Origin: an archaeon
GTDB lineage: Archaea > AGJL01 > Methanococci > Methanococcales > Methanocaldococcaceae
Assembly (NCBI GenBank): GCA_024278985.1
Contig: JAJRSC010000020.1
Span: forward strand, 1-36,327
DNA length: 36,327 nucleotides
Direction: 5' to 3'
Shown here: in pieces, positions 19,102-29,980 of the stretch
How positions within the stretch are numbered: position 1 is the first letter of the stretch
How the letters are laid out: the number at the start of each line of letters is the position of its first letter
Notes under the pieces: model-generated
The model's input: only the letters and a program-made list of their open reading frames with translations
What the model was told of the DNA's origin: nothing
Databases searched by the model: none
Position numbers and translations under genes: made by a program

Positions 19102-20112
19102 TCCTGCTATTCCTCCCAAAGCCTTTAACTGTTTTCCAGCATCATGTTCAGAAGAGACAATAACAACCTTTCCACCAACCTCCTCAGTTTTGTCAATAAT
19201 TTCTTCAATTTCTTTATTTCTTATTAAACTATCAGAAACTAATAAAACTGATATAGCTGCATAATCAATTGCTTTTTTTACATCATCTAAACCATAAACT
19301 GCTAAACCATCCTTAGCTATCTCTTCTAAAACCTTTTCAATTAACTGTGTTTCTTTTGCTACTCTTGAATTTGCATATATCCTATTTATAATTCCTCTTT
19401 TTAGTACTTCATTTATTCCAGCCCTTGAAGTTGTAGAAATACTTTCTGTTATGGATTTTTTCTTTAATTCTGGATAGTTATCTAAAAATTTGTAAAAATT
19501 ATTTTTTGCAAATCCAGGACCTGCAATTAAAATACTATCTCCAGAATAATCTTTAAGAACTTTAGCTATTTCATGATAATATTCTTTTTTTAATTCTTCA
19601 TTTGCTTTATTATCTAACCTTTTAGATGAATGTGATTTTATAGAACAAATTTCTTTAATTTTATAGTCCATAACTTCATAAATATCAGCTTCTTCATCAT
19701 CCATAACTACAACTAAAACCTTTGGTTTCCTAGATGAGTCTATAGCTTCCTTAATTCTATCAATTTGCCAATTTTTCCAATTTTTTTCAATTGTTAGTTC
19801 ATCAAAAGGTTTTATTTCTAAAGTATGATAACTCCCTAATGGAACCAAATCAGGACCTTTAATAATCTTTCCTAATATTCTTAATCTCTTTGTATTTTCA
19901 TCAAACTCAGTATTTTCTACTTCAACTCCAAGAAACATTTTTATTTTACTACCTCTATCTGCTCTTATAACATCTCCCTTATCTTGTAATCTTCTCTCTG
20001 AAAGGGCATATACTTTGTCCCCTTTTTCTATTATATTGTAAAGAACCCATAAATCATCTAAATTCTCAGGCATTAATTTTAATTTATTTTTTTCCTCTTC
20101 TATAATTTTCAT
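19075..20112 (-). CDS. pelA: mRNA surveillance protein pelota
   Basis: PENLDDLW.L, G.YHTLE, AGPGF.K, HDAGKQLKALGGIAGLLRF. Confidence 0.95.
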   Translation of the reverse strand: MKIIEEEKNKLKLMPENLDDLWVLYNIIEKGDKVYALSERRLQDKGDVIRADRGSKIKMFLGVEVENTEFDENTKRLRILGKIIKGPDLVPLGSYHTLEIKPFDELTIEKNWKNWQIDRIKEAIDSSRKPKVLVVVMDDEEADIYEVMDYKIKEICSIKSHSSKRLDNKANEELKKEYYHEIAKVLKDYSGDSILIAGPGFAKNNFYKFLDNYPELKKKSITESISTTSRAGINEVLKRGIINRIYANSRVAKETQLIEKVLEEIAKDGLAVYGLDDVKKAIDYAAISVLLVSDSLIRNKEIEEIIDKTEEVGGKVVIVSSEHDAGKQLKALGGIAGLLRFSIES

Positions 20113-20187
20113 AATATTCACCTTTAAAATATGTGGGATAATACCATAAACTATATATAATATTTTAAAAATTGTTTATTGGAGACC

Positions 20188-20691
20188 ATGAAATGCTTAG
20201 CTATTACTGGAAAAATTATTGCCAAAAATTTATTTGGAAAAAGATATTCTAAAAAATTTATTAATAAGAAAGATTTAAAAAGATATAAATTATATCTCAT
20301 TCCTTCCTTAGCAGTGGATGGTATTTTAGTTGAGGATAATAAAATTCTACTAATAAAAAGAAAAAACCCTCCTTTTAAAGATTACTATGCACTCCCTGGA
20401 GGATTTGTTGAGTGTGGAGAAACTACTGAAGAGGCAATAATTAGAGAGTTTAAGGAGGAGACAGGTTTAGATGTAGAGATTGTTAAACTTTTTAATGTAT
20501 ATTCTTCACCCAATAGAGACCCAAGGGGGCATGTTGTTAGTATAGTATATATTTTAAGAAGAGTTGGAGGAACATTTAAAGCAGATACTGATGCAAAAGA
20601 TGTTAAATTTTTTGATATAAACAATCTTCCAAATTTAGCATTTGACCATAAAAAAATTATAAATGACTTTTTAGGTGAGAATAATGGTTAA
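20188..20691 (+). CDS. nudF: Nudix hydrolase (ADP-ribose pyrophosphatase-like)
   Basis: Nudix box GGFVECGETTEEAIIREFKEETG, RDPRGH, LAFDH. Confidence 0.88.
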   Translation: MKCLAITGKIIAKNLFGKRYSKKFINKKDLKRYKLYLIPSLAVDGILVEDNKILLIKRKNPPFKDYYALPGGFVECGETTEEAIIREFKEETGLDVEIVKLFNVYSSPNRDPRGHVVSIVYILRRVGGTFKADTDAKDVKFFDINNLPNLAFDHKKIINDFLGENNG

Positions 20692-21001
20692 GTTTTGTCC
20701 TAAATGTAACAATCTCTTAATCCCTTCAGGCGATAATTTAAAATGTGCAGTTTGTGGATATGAAGAAAATGCTGAAAGTAAAGAAGGATATGAGTATAAG
20801 GAGAGTATTGAAAAGAAAGAGAAAATAAAAGTTATTGAAAAAACTGAAATAGAAACTCATCCAACTACAAGAATAGAATGTCCAAAGTGTGGCCATAATG
20901 AAGCATACTGGTGGTTAGAACAAACAAGATGCGCAGATGAACCAGAAACCAGATTTTTCAGATGTAAAAAATGTGGATATACCTGGAGAGAATACGATTA
21001 A
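20684..21001 (+). CDS. tfs: Transcription factor S
   Basis: Two Zn ribbons (FCPKC; CPKCGH...CKKCG) and the acidic hairpin QTRCADEPET. Confidence 0.94.
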   Translation: MVKFCPKCNNLLIPSGDNLKCAVCGYEENAESKEGYEYKESIEKKEKIKVIEKTEIETHPTTRIECPKCGHNEAYWWLEQTRCADEPETRFFRCKKCGYTWREYD

Positions 21002-21819
21002 ATAACATTTAAAGAAAAATCTATGGCTTTAACAGAATGAGTTAAACAGCCAAGAGATATAACATCTATATCATATTTTGCATATTCTAAAATGTTATCT
21101 TCGTTTATTCCTCCACTTACTTCTATAATTGGTTTATAATCATAGTTTTTAATTATATTTAAAGCTCTACATACATCATTAGGTTTAAAGTTGTCAAGCA
21201 TAATAATATCTACCTTTTCCTCCAAAGCTATTTTTAACTCTAAAAAGTTTTTAACTTCTACCTCTATCTTTTTAGTAAAACTTATTTTTTCTTTTACTTT
21301 TCTTATTGCCTCTCTCAAGCCAATAGCTTTAATATAGTTATCTTTTATCATTACACAATCATCCAATCTAAACCTATGAGTATCTCCACCCCCTACATAA
21401 ATGGCATACTTCTGTAGAGGAGATAGTAAGGGAAGAGTTTTCCTTGTTCCAGCTATTTTAACCTTTTTATTTACTTTTCTTACTTTTTGAATAATATTGT
21501 ATGTTTTTGTAGATATTCCTGATAAGTGCATTAATAAATTTAAAGCTGTTCTTTCAAGCATTAAAATCTTTTTTAGTTCTCCTTCAACTCTTAAAACTAC
21601 ACCATAAGCAGAATCTCCATCATTGTATAATCTTTCAGTTTTTAAATCATAAAATTTAAAAAATTCATCAATAAATTCAATTCCACATAAAATACATTCT
21701 TCTTTAGCTACTATTTCAGCAGTTCCATATCCTTCAATTATTTCAAGAGAGATATCAAAAAAACCAATATCTTGCTCTAATGATTTATTTAATATTTTTA
21801 GAGCATATTTATTTAACAA
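20998..21819 (-). CDS. nadC: Nicotinate-nucleotide pyrophosphorylase
   Basis: ERTALN, TRKT.P, HRFRLDD..MIKDN, IEVEV, MLDNF, SGGI. Confidence 0.95.
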   Translation of the reverse strand: MLNKYALKILNKSLEQDIGFFDISLEIIEGYGTAEIVAKEECILCGIEFIDEFFKFYDLKTERLYNDGDSAYGVVLRVEGELKKILMLERTALNLLMHLSGISTKTYNIIQKVRKVNKKVKIAGTRKTLPLLSPLQKYAIYVGGGDTHRFRLDDCVMIKDNYIKAIGLREAIRKVKEKISFTKKIEVEVKNFLELKIALEEKVDIIMLDNFKPNDVCRALNIIKNYDYKPIIEVSGGINEDNILEYAKYDIDVISLGCLTHSVKAIDFSLNVI

Positions 21820-21820
21820 T

Positions 21821-22717
21821 TTAATTCACCTTTTTGGGAAACCTTCTATATAAACATTTTGGATAATTTGGACATCCTAAAAATTCTCCTTTTTTACTTT
21901 TAACAATTCTTAGCTTAGCTCCACACCATGGACAAGTATTTTCATCTATCTTTATGTCTATTAAAGCAGGTTTTTTGGTACATAGTCTTTCTTTATTATA
22001 GATAATTTTATTATTTTTTGTATCTACATATATGAGATAATGTTGAAACAATTGACAATTTTCTAAGTCAATTATAACATTATCCTTATCTACAATTAAC
22101 CCAGGAGTAATTTCTAAGTTAGTTTTTAGAGGAATTAAATAATACCCCTCTCCAGAATATTGGAATGTTTTGGCATAATATTTTATTCTTCCAATAAGCC
22201 AATTATAATCTCTATTAGCAATATACTTAATTGCTTCTTCTATATCTTCGAGCATATTCTCTTCCATTACATGCTCAATTGCCTTTTTAACAAAATCATC
22301 CTTTTCATAATGTTCTGTTAATACTTCTATAGCCCTGTTTATAAAATAATCTTTATCTATTTTTATAGCTAATAATAACCCATTAAAAGCATTTGCTACA
22401 ACATATTTCTCTTTTTCTAATAGGTCTTTTCTATTAAATAAATAAAAAATTCTAAAAAATATTAAATTTTGTCCTTTAACACTTTTAATTTTCTTAAATC
22501 CAGAATATTCTTTATAATTATCAGTTAAACCAAAATAAAATACAGGTTTTTTTGCATTTTCTAATCCAATTATTGAAATAAACCCTTCTGGAACTTTCCA
22601 ATTTTGATTAAAATTTTCTTTACTTAACTTAGAAACATTAAAATGTAAATCTTTAGATAGTATATTAAATAAATTATCTAAAATATTTTCTTTTTTGTTT
22701 ATTGTAATTACTTCCAA
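21821..22717 (-). CDS. Hypothetical protein with C-terminal topoisomerase-type C4 zinc finger
   Basis: CPWCGAKL...GEFLGCPNYPKC. Start moved to TTG 22717, which follows AGGTGA. Confidence 0.78.
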   Translation of the reverse strand: MEVITINKKENILDNLFNILSKDLHFNVSKLSKENFNQNWKVPEGFISIIGLENAKKPVFYFGLTDNYKEYSGFKKIKSVKGQNLIFFRIFYLFNRKDLLEKEKYVVANAFNGLLLAIKIDKDYFINRAIEVLTEHYEKDDFVKKAIEHVMEENMLEDIEEAIKYIANRDYNWLIGRIKYYAKTFQYSGEGYYLIPLKTNLEITPGLIVDKDNVIIDLENCQLFQHYLIYVDTKNNKIIYNKERLCTKKPALIDIKIDENTCPWCGAKLRIVKSKKGEFLGCPNYPKCLYRRFPKKVN

Positions 22718-22721
22718 GTTC

Positions 22722-24125
22722 TCACCTGTTTGGTTTTGGTAGTTCTTCATCTTCAACTTCAACAACAGCAAAGATTTGTTTTTTATTTAATTCATTAACT
22801 TCATCTATATCTTTAATATATACTGCATCTAATCCAAAACCTTCAGCAATTTTTATAAAATCAGGATTATTTATTTTACAAAAGTTGGCTAATTTATTGT
22901 TCTTCATAACAGCTATTTTTATTGGAAGATTATAATCTGAAATTACTTCTAATTCTTCAATATTCATTAAAATGCCTCCATCACCAGAGATAACTAAAAC
23001 ATCCTCCTTTATTTTATTATCTATAAGTGCAAACTTTACCCCTATTCCAACAGGTAACCCAAAACCCATACAGCCAAAGGAATGTGAAGAAATTAAAGAT
23101 TTAGGTTTTTTACATATTTTTAATAGTGAAGTAAATACTGTATGCTTACCAGCATCAGTTACAATAATATCTCCATACTTTATAATTTCATTAATTTTTT
23201 TAGAATAGTCACCTTTTGGAGAAAAAAATCTTTTTTTATATGTTAATGAACTTTCTAAGGTAATATTTTTAAAGAAATATTTTAATTCTTTAATATTATT
23301 AGGTGTAAAGTTTATATTTACTGTCTTACTTAAAAGTTTTTCTCTAAGGGTTTCTGGATATGTGTTGTAAGATAAAGAAGAACCTATATTAATAATCTTA
23401 TCAGCAGATAGTAAAACTCTAATATCTCCTCTTCTACCAACTAATCCTATATTTGTCTCTTCATCTATTACTCCTCTTGCTGGATAAGTTGTAGCAATGG
23501 GAAGATTTATTTTATTTAATATTTTTGGAATATCTAATATTTCCCTATAAGTTAAGGACCCAAATACTCCCTGACCTATTAGTAAGAGAACATTTTTATC
23601 TCTAATATTGTTAATTTTATTAAGTTCTCTTTCAATATTGTTATTATATTTAAAGTTATTACAAGTATCATTTAAAATATTTTCCTCAAGAACATCTGTA
23701 GGAATATTTATAAGATAAGGTTTTTTTTCTAATAAACATCTTTTAAAATATTCCTTAAAAATTCCTAAATTTGGATTTTCAAAAAATATTTTTTTTGCAT
23801 TAATATTTATATCCAACTCCTGAAAATAATTTTTCCCTATATATTTTTTATGTACTCTTCCAGATATTGCAAAAACTGAAGAATTGTCTTTATAGGCATT
23901 TGCCAAAGGTGTAGATAAATTACTTATCCCAGGGCCTGCTGTAACTAAACATACTCCAATATTATTTATTCTACCATATCCTTCAGCCATAAAACCTGCT
24001 CCTCTTTCATCCCTAACTAAAACTTTATTATCTAACTCATAATATAACTTTGAAATCTGTTCCCCTGGATATGAGAAGACTCTATAATCTTCTAAAAACT
24101 CAGCTATTCCTTCATAAAATCTCAT
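22722..24125 (-). CDS. Thiamine-pyrophosphate-dependent enzyme (acetolactate synthase large-subunit superfamily)
   Basis: YPGEQ, RDERGAGFMAEGY, TAGPG, GCMGFGLP, SGDGG...MKNN TPP motif. Confidence 0.88.
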   Translation of the reverse strand: MRFYEGIAEFLEDYRVFSYPGEQISKLYYELDNKVLVRDERGAGFMAEGYGRINNIGVCLVTAGPGISNLSTPLANAYKDNSSVFAISGRVHKKYIGKNYFQELDININAKKIFFENPNLGIFKEYFKRCLLEKKPYLINIPTDVLEENILNDTCNNFKYNNNIERELNKINNIRDKNVLLLIGQGVFGSLTYREILDIPKILNKINLPIATTYPARGVIDEETNIGLVGRRGDIRVLLSADKIINIGSSLSYNTYPETLREKLLSKTVNINFTPNNIKELKYFFKNITLESSLTYKKRFFSPKGDYSKKINEIIKYGDIIVTDAGKHTVFTSLLKICKKPKSLISSHSFGCMGFGLPVGIGVKFALIDNKIKEDVLVISGDGGILMNIEELEVISDYNLPIKIAVMKNNKLANFCKINNPDFIKIAEGFGLDAVYIKDIDEVNELNKKQIFAVVEVEDEELPKPNR

Positions 24126-24160
24126 AATATCTCACATAACAAAATTTTGGAGGTTTGATT

Positions 24161-24832
24161 ATGGATAAAAATATTTTAGTTAGATTACTTCTTTATCCAA
24201 TAACTTATATTATGTGGGGGGGTTATATGTGGTATTCTCAGATAATAACCCCCTACAATTTTACACATCTTGTTTTGTTACTTCCTCTCCATAATGCTGA
24301 ATTTTATAGTATAATACAAAATTTAAATCCTGTTATAATTGAATTCTTCAAAATAATTTATTTGTATGGCTTTTCTTCAGCTATAATTTTTGGAGTTGGT
24401 TATTATTTATTTATAAAAAAAGATTTTTTAAAAAGTGATATTATTGTTGTTGATTTAGCAATAGGTTGGTTTTTTGCAGGTTTAATATACTGTATAGCAA
24501 TTATATACTCCCCTTTTCAGGTTGGTATAGCAAAAAATCTTATTAATTTTTCATATTTTTGGATATTTACAAAGCCAACATATGAAGTTCCATCATTACA
24601 TACAGCCTATACTTTTCTTTTAGCTTTACACTATAAAGATGAGTATCCTATAAATATAATCTTTTATATTTTATCTATATTAATTCCAATTGCAACTCTT
24701 ATAATGGGTATGCATTGGGTAATTGATGTAATAACCGGTTATATTTTTGGGTATCTAATATATAAGTTTCCAAAAAATATACATTTAAAGGTTAATAAAG
24801 TTCTTAATTATATTGCCAATGAAATTATTTAA
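24161..24832 (+). CDS. PAP2-superfamily membrane phosphatase/phosphotransferase (Aur1/IPC-synthase-like)
   Basis: Multi-TM protein with PSLHTA and GMHWVIDVITG. GGAGGT RBS before ATG 24161. Confidence 0.82.
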   Translation: MDKNILVRLLLYPITYIMWGGYMWYSQIITPYNFTHLVLLLPLHNAEFYSIIQNLNPVIIEFFKIIYLYGFSSAIIFGVGYYLFIKKDFLKSDIIVVDLAIGWFFAGLIYCIAIIYSPFQVGIAKNLINFSYFWIFTKPTYEVPSLHTAYTFLLALHYKDEYPINIIFYILSILIPIATLIMGMHWVIDVITGYIFGYLIYKFPKNIHLKVNKVLNYIANEII

Positions 24833-24837
24833 AAAAT

Positions 24838-24981
24838 CTATCCTCTTGGTTCTTTTGCCTTAGGTCTTAATTTTGTATAGCCACATTTTCTACATTTTTC
24901 AGCTTTCCAAGGATTTCTTGCATTACATCTTAAACATATTTTTTTCATAAATATTCTTTTTATTGCTTCTTCAAATGGCAT
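24838..24981 (-). CDS. rpl40e: 50S ribosomal protein L40e (absent from the ORF track)
   Basis: Manual translation: [57 protein letters not shown]. Confidence 0.95.
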   Translation of the reverse strand: MPFEEAIKRIFMKKICLRCNARNPWKAEKCRKCGYTKLRPKAKEPRG

Positions 24982-24987
24982 ATGTTT

Positions 24988-25491
24988 TCACCTCTTTATA
25001 TATTCTTTTTGTATTTCTATAACTTCTGCAGAATTTTTAGCATTACTATATCTTTCTAACAATTCATAATTAACCTTTATAAATGTTTCTCCCCATTTAA
25101 AACATCTTGCCAAATCATAAGCTTTATCTTTAAATCCAGTTATATATAAAGTTGCTATAAATGCCTCTAATGTAGATAGTTGAAATGGTTTTCCATAATT
25201 TATAGGATTGGCAGCTATTAAAAATGGTAATGCTCTACCATTTTTAAACTTAAATCTTTTAATTTTCTCAAGCTCCTTCCATGAGCAATCTAATCCTGTT
25301 ATACCAAATCTTTCAACAATTTCTCTATCTTCTGGTGAAACAGCTTTCTCTGAAAATGGTGTTAAAACTAATGAATTTTTAGGTATTTTATAAGGATTTT
25401 TTAATAGAATTGCCTTATTTAACTTAATCATTTTCAAAGCTGTACATTTTTTAGGATTACAATCATTTGCATGATATATAAAGAGTTTCAT
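24988..25491 (-). CDS. tsr3: rRNA aminocarboxypropyltransferase Tsr3 (DUF367)
   Basis: CNPKKCT, LDCSW, RALPFLIAANPINYG, LSTLEA, FKWG.TF..N. Confidence 0.93.
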   Translation of the reverse strand: MKLFIYHANDCNPKKCTALKMIKLNKAILLKNPYKIPKNSLVLTPFSEKAVSPEDREIVERFGITGLDCSWKELEKIKRFKFKNGRALPFLIAANPINYGKPFQLSTLEAFIATLYITGFKDKAYDLARCFKWGETFIKVNYELLERYSNAKNSAEVIEIQKEYIKR

Positions 25492-25512
25492 AACAATCCT
25501 TTGGGTGAAATA

Positions 25513-26802
25513 TTGGATTATTTAGAACCAAAGACAGCAATTTTAAAAGTATCTAAGCCAATAATTATAGCTACTTTTTTTGAATTTTTATATAGTTTTG
25601 TTGATAGTTTTTGGGTTTCTGGGTTAGGAAAGGATGCCTTAGCATCAATTGGTGCAAGTTTTCCAATACTAATAACTTTCTTTGCATTGGCTTGGGGATT
25701 AGATTTAGCAGTTAGTTCAGCAATAGCAAGAAGTGTTGGAGAAAAAAATTTAAAAAAGGCTGGTAGGGTTATTTATAATGGGATTATATTGGGTGTTATA
25801 TATTCTATCATATATATAATGCTTTTCTATCCAACCATTGATTTAATCTTTAAATTAATGAATGTTAATCTTATTCATGCTATAAATTATTCAAAAATTT
25901 TAATTTTAGGGACATTAATATTAAATATTACTGATGTATTTTATGGTGTTTTTAGAGGTTTAGGAAAGGGAGATGTTATTTTAAAGGCAGTTGTTGTTGG
26001 TTCTATCTCAAACATTATATTAGACCCTATTTTTATATACTACTTAAATTTAAAAGTTCCTGGGGCTGCTCTAGCATCAGTGATATCTATATTTTTTAGC
26101 TTACTCTATCTAACTTATGCCTTAAAACATTATAAGATTAAAATTTATAAAAAATTAGATTTTCATATAGTTAAAGATTTAGTTAGAGTATCTATTCCAT
26201 CAGCCATGAATGATATAACTGTTGCTGTTACATTTTTTATTTTAACAACTTTAATAATGATTTATGGGAGTGATTTAGATTTAGCAGCATTTACAGGGGC
26301 AATAAGAATAACAGAACTTGGATTTATTCCTATACTTGGTCTAACAAGTGGAGCAATATCTGTAATGGGTGCATGTTATGGAGCTAAAAGATATGATAAA
26401 CTAAGAGAAGCATATTATTGGACTATAAAATATGGTGTAATGTTAGAGATATTTATTTTTTTAATAATATATTTATTTTCTCCATATTTGGCAGAAATTT
26501 TTAGTTATGGAGACTCTAATTTAAAGGAGCCAATTGCCAACATATTAAAAATATTAAGTATATATCTTTTATTTATTCCATTTACTTTTTCAACATCTTC
26601 CTTATTCCAATCTATTGGAAAGGGAGAGGGAGCATTTATTATAGCTATATTAAGAGAAAGTTTTCATATTCTATCATCTTATACCTTATCTTTAATTTTG
26701 GGTGTTGTTGGAATTTATTTAGGTTGGAGTATTGGAGACGTCTTTGCAGGAATAGTTTCTTTATTAATTGGAATTTATACAATCAAAATTTTAGTAAAAT
26801 GA
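25513..26802 (+). CDS. MATE-family efflux transporter
   Basis: About 12 TM helices. VDSFWVSGLG..ALA, NIILDPIFI, GAALASVIS. Start moved to TTG 25513, which follows GGTGA. Confidence 0.9.
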   Translation: MDYLEPKTAILKVSKPIIIATFFEFLYSFVDSFWVSGLGKDALASIGASFPILITFFALAWGLDLAVSSAIARSVGEKNLKKAGRVIYNGIILGVIYSIIYIMLFYPTIDLIFKLMNVNLIHAINYSKILILGTLILNITDVFYGVFRGLGKGDVILKAVVVGSISNIILDPIFIYYLNLKVPGAALASVISIFFSLLYLTYALKHYKIKIYKKLDFHIVKDLVRVSIPSAMNDITVAVTFFILTTLIMIYGSDLDLAAFTGAIRITELGFIPILGLTSGAISVMGACYGAKRYDKLREAYYWTIKYGVMLEIFIFLIIYLFSPYLAEIFSYGDSNLKEPIANILKILSIYLLFIPFTFSTSSLFQSIGKGEGAFIIAILRESFHILSSYTLSLILGVVGIYLGWSIGDVFAGIVSLLIGIYTIKILVK

Positions 26803-26869
26803 AAATAAATAAAAATTTTAAATATTCTAAACCATATTTAAGAATAAAACAGTTATTGATGTGATATTT

Positions 26870-27975
26870 ATGAATTTTTTAGGAACAACAAAATATATTA
26901 TTCATGCAGAACTTATTGCTGATGGTTGTGTTGAAAAAAATGATATTATTGGAGCAATATTTGGACAAACTGAGGGGTTGCTTGGAGATGAGTTAGATTT
27001 AAGAGAATTACAAAAAGTGGTAGAATTGGAAGAATTGATGTTGAAGTGAAATATATAAATGGTAAGACTATTGCCAACTTACAAATTCCTTCCAGTTTGG
27101 ACAGAGTAGAAACTTCAATAATTGCAGCAACTCTTGAAACTGTAGATAAGGTTGGTCCATGTATAGCTACATTAAAAGTTATTAAAATAGAGGATATTAG
27201 AGAAAGAAAGAGAAAATACATAGTTGATAGAGCAAAAGAAATTTTAAAAGATATGACTAAGACAATAGATATAAATGCCTTAATAGAAGAGGTTAAAGAA
27301 AGCGTTAGAATGAGTGAAATTATTGAATATGGTGATGAAAAACTTCCTGCTGGACCATTAATAGACGAAACAGATGAAATAATAATTGTAGAAGGTAAGG
27401 CAGATGTCTTAAATCTTTTAAGATATGGAATAAAAAATGCTATAGCAGTAGAAGGAACTTCAGTACCTAAAACAATAATAGACCTTAGTAAGAAAAAAAT
27501 AACTACTGTCTTTACAGATGGAGATAGAGGGGGAGAATTATTATTAAAAGAACTTTTACAAGTTTGTGACATTGATTATATTGCCAGAGCTCCTCAAGGG
27601 AGAGAAGTTGAGGAACTAACAAGGAAGGAAATTATAAAATGTTTAAAAAATAGAGATCCTATAAACAATAAACCTGCTGAGGATTATGAAGATACTGAAG
27701 AGGATGAAGTTTTAAAAACTTTTAGGGAGATAAATACTTTAGAAAATAAAGCAATTATAATTAAAGATGGAGAGGAGTTTATTGTTGATGAGGATAAAAT
27801 AATTGATAAAATTAATGAGCTTGGTTTTGTAGATGTATTAAAACTAAATACTTTAACTCAGAAAATTCTTGATAATATTTATGACAAGGTAAAAATTATT
27901 TATTGTAAGAATGCCAAAATAATTAAAAAACCAATAAATGTTTCTATTTTTGGTGGTTTTAATGCAAAAGGATGA
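26870..27975 (+). pseudogene. dnaG: DnaG-type primase/exosome-associated protein, split by a 1-nt deletion (error or pseudogene)
   Basis: First ORF: [22 protein letters not shown]. Adding one base at 27012-27017 restores [13 protein letters not shown] in frame with the second ORF, which carries PSSLDR.ET and the TOPRIM motifs VEG.ADV and DGDRGG. Confidence 0.88.
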
Positions 27976-28270
27976 ACTTATTCAATTACATCAACTTCTT
28001 GTTTATTTAAAAAAATATGTTGAACTAAAATATAACTGTAAAGATGAATTTAAAGAATATGAAGAACTAAATATTTACCCTTATCATATTCATAGAACTA
28101 AAGCAGAGCATGCATATGCAATTTTTATATTATCAAGTATTATTGCTAAAATTTTATCTGAGAATGGTAAAAATATTCCAAGAAGTGTATCATATCTTTT
28201 AAGAGATTGTAGTGATAAGATAAAAAAAGATATTCAAAGAAAAAAATTAGCAATTAAAGGGGTAAAATGA
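27962..28270 (+). CDS. UPF0058-family protein
   Basis: [30 protein letters not shown]. Confidence 0.85.
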   Translation: MQKDELIQLHQLLVYLKKYVELKYNCKDEFKEYEELNIYPYHIHRTKAEHAYAIFILSSIIAKILSENGKNIPRSVSYLLRDCSDKIKKDIQRKKLAIKGVK

Positions 28271-29133
28271 TACTTTTTGCTTTACCAAATAAAGGAAGAA
28301 TTTCTGAACCAGTTATGAAGATTTTAGAAAAAGCAGGTTTAAAAATAACTGTCCAAGGTAGAAGTTTATTTGCCAATACTGTAGATAAAGATATTAAGGT
28401 TATGTTTGCAAGAGCTAGAGATATTCCTGAATTTGTAGCTGATGGTGTTGCAGATATTGGAATAACAGGATATGATTTAATATTAGAGAGAGGTGTTGAA
28501 GATAAAATAGAATTTTTATTAGACTTTAATTTTGGATTTGCAAGGTTAGTATTGGCAGCTCCAGAAGATTCAAATATTAGGAAAATAGAGGATTTATATG
28601 ATGGAATAAGAGTAGCAACAGAATTTCCAAATCTAACAAAAAAATTTTTTGATAAACTAAATATAAAAGCAGATATAATTGAGCTATCAGGGGCAACAGA
28701 AATAGCACCTTTTATAGGTGTTGCTGATATAATATCTGATTTAACATCTACAGGAACTACATTAAAATTAAACAAACTTAGAGAAATTGCTGAAATTGTT
28801 AGTTCAACTACAAGACTAATAGCTAATAAAGACTCTCTAAAAAATCCAAAAAAGAGAGAAAAAATAAATCAGATAGTTATTTCAATAAAAAGTGCATTAT
28901 ATGCTGAGAAAAAAAGATTAATTATGATGAATGCCCCAGAGGATAAAGTGGAGGAGATTAAAAAAATAATTCCTGGAATGTCTGGGCCTACAATTGCTAA
29001 GGTTTTATCTGATAATGGTATGGTTGCTATTCATGTTGTTGTTGATGAAAATGAGATATTTTCACTGGTGCCAAAGCTTCATAACCTTGGAGCAAGAGAT
29101 ATATTAATACTACCAATAGAAAGAATTTTATAA
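28267..29133 (+). CDS. hisG: ATP phosphoribosyltransferase (long form)
   Basis: [36 protein letters not shown]-terminal regulatory domain. Confidence 0.96.
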   Translation: MILFALPNKGRISEPVMKILEKAGLKITVQGRSLFANTVDKDIKVMFARARDIPEFVADGVADIGITGYDLILERGVEDKIEFLLDFNFGFARLVLAAPEDSNIRKIEDLYDGIRVATEFPNLTKKFFDKLNIKADIIELSGATEIAPFIGVADIISDLTSTGTTLKLNKLREIAEIVSSTTRLIANKDSLKNPKKREKINQIVISIKSALYAEKKRLIMMNAPEDKVEEIKKIIPGMSGPTIAKVLSDNGMVAIHVVVDENEIFSLVPKLHNLGARDILILPIERIL

Positions 29134-29613
29134 AATATGTCCTAAAATATGCCCACATTCTTCTTTTATTATTTTGACTCCAACTTTACAGGCATTTATT
29201 GAGCCAGGAAGAGAAAAAATAACTTTTTTTCTATATATTCCAGCAAAAGCTCTTGATAATAAACACCTAAATCCAACTTCTTCATAACTCAAAATTTGGA
29301 AAATAATTTTAAATCCTTCTATTTCTTTTTCAATAATCTCCTTTAATGCTTCAACAGTTACATCTTTTTTATCTATTCCAGTTCCTCCAGTTAAAACAAT
29401 TGCATCAACATCATAATTATCTATTAAAAAATTTATTGCTCCAATAATCATATTTTTATCATCAGGGATTATAATTTTTATGTTTGCATTTAGTTCCTTT
29501 TTTAAAAATTCTCCAGATTTATCATCTACCTCCTTACCCTCTATTAAATTTTTATACCTACTATCACTAACTGTTATTATAGCATATCTTATATTTTCTA
29601 TTCTTCTATGCAT
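29128..29613 (-). CDS. moaB: Molybdopterin adenylyltransferase, MoaB/MogA family
   Basis: ITVSDSR, DKSG, TGGTG...DVT.EA, LSRA.AG, SLPGS. Start at ATG 29613. Confidence 0.9.
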   Translation of the reverse strand: MHRRIENIRYAIITVSDSRYKNLIEGKEVDDKSGEFLKKELNANIKIIIPDDKNMIIGAINFLIDNYDVDAIVLTGGTGIDKKDVTVEALKEIIEKEIEGFKIIFQILSYEEVGFRCLLSRAFAGIYRKKVIFSLPGSINACKVGVKIIKEECGHILGHIL

Positions 29614-29980
29614 TTTTTCCCTTTTTAAGTTTATAATAGTGATACTCAACTGTCTTAATATTTAGACCTGTCTTTTTAGCTATTTCCTCAGGTTTTAAAT
29701 GAAGATACTTTTTAATAATTTTATCTACATTTGTAGGTCTTCCAGTTTTAGGTTTAACTGCTTTTATCTTAATCCCAACACCTTCAAGAGCTTTTAATAT
29801 CCTTTTTGATGTTCTTTTATATTTTGATATGGGAATATATATTATTTTTGGCTCAATATTATCTAAAAGAGATATTGCTATGTCCCTATCAATTTCTTTA
29901 TTAATATAAACCTCTTCATCTGGTTCAGATTCTTCAATTTTTTTTAATATTTCTTCTTTTTTTCCTCTAAGAATTAGCAT
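29606..29980 (-). CDS. Hypothetical protein with C-terminal HTH
   Basis: GRP..., EEIAKKTGLNIKTVEYHYYKLK. Translationally coupled to its neighbours. Confidence 0.7.
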   Translation of the reverse strand: MLILRGKKEEILKKIEESEPDEEVYINKEIDRDIAISLLDNIEPKIIYIPISKYKRTSKRILKALEGVGIKIKAVKPKTGRPTNVDKIIKKYLHLKPEEIAKKTGLNIKTVEYHYYKLKKGKNA

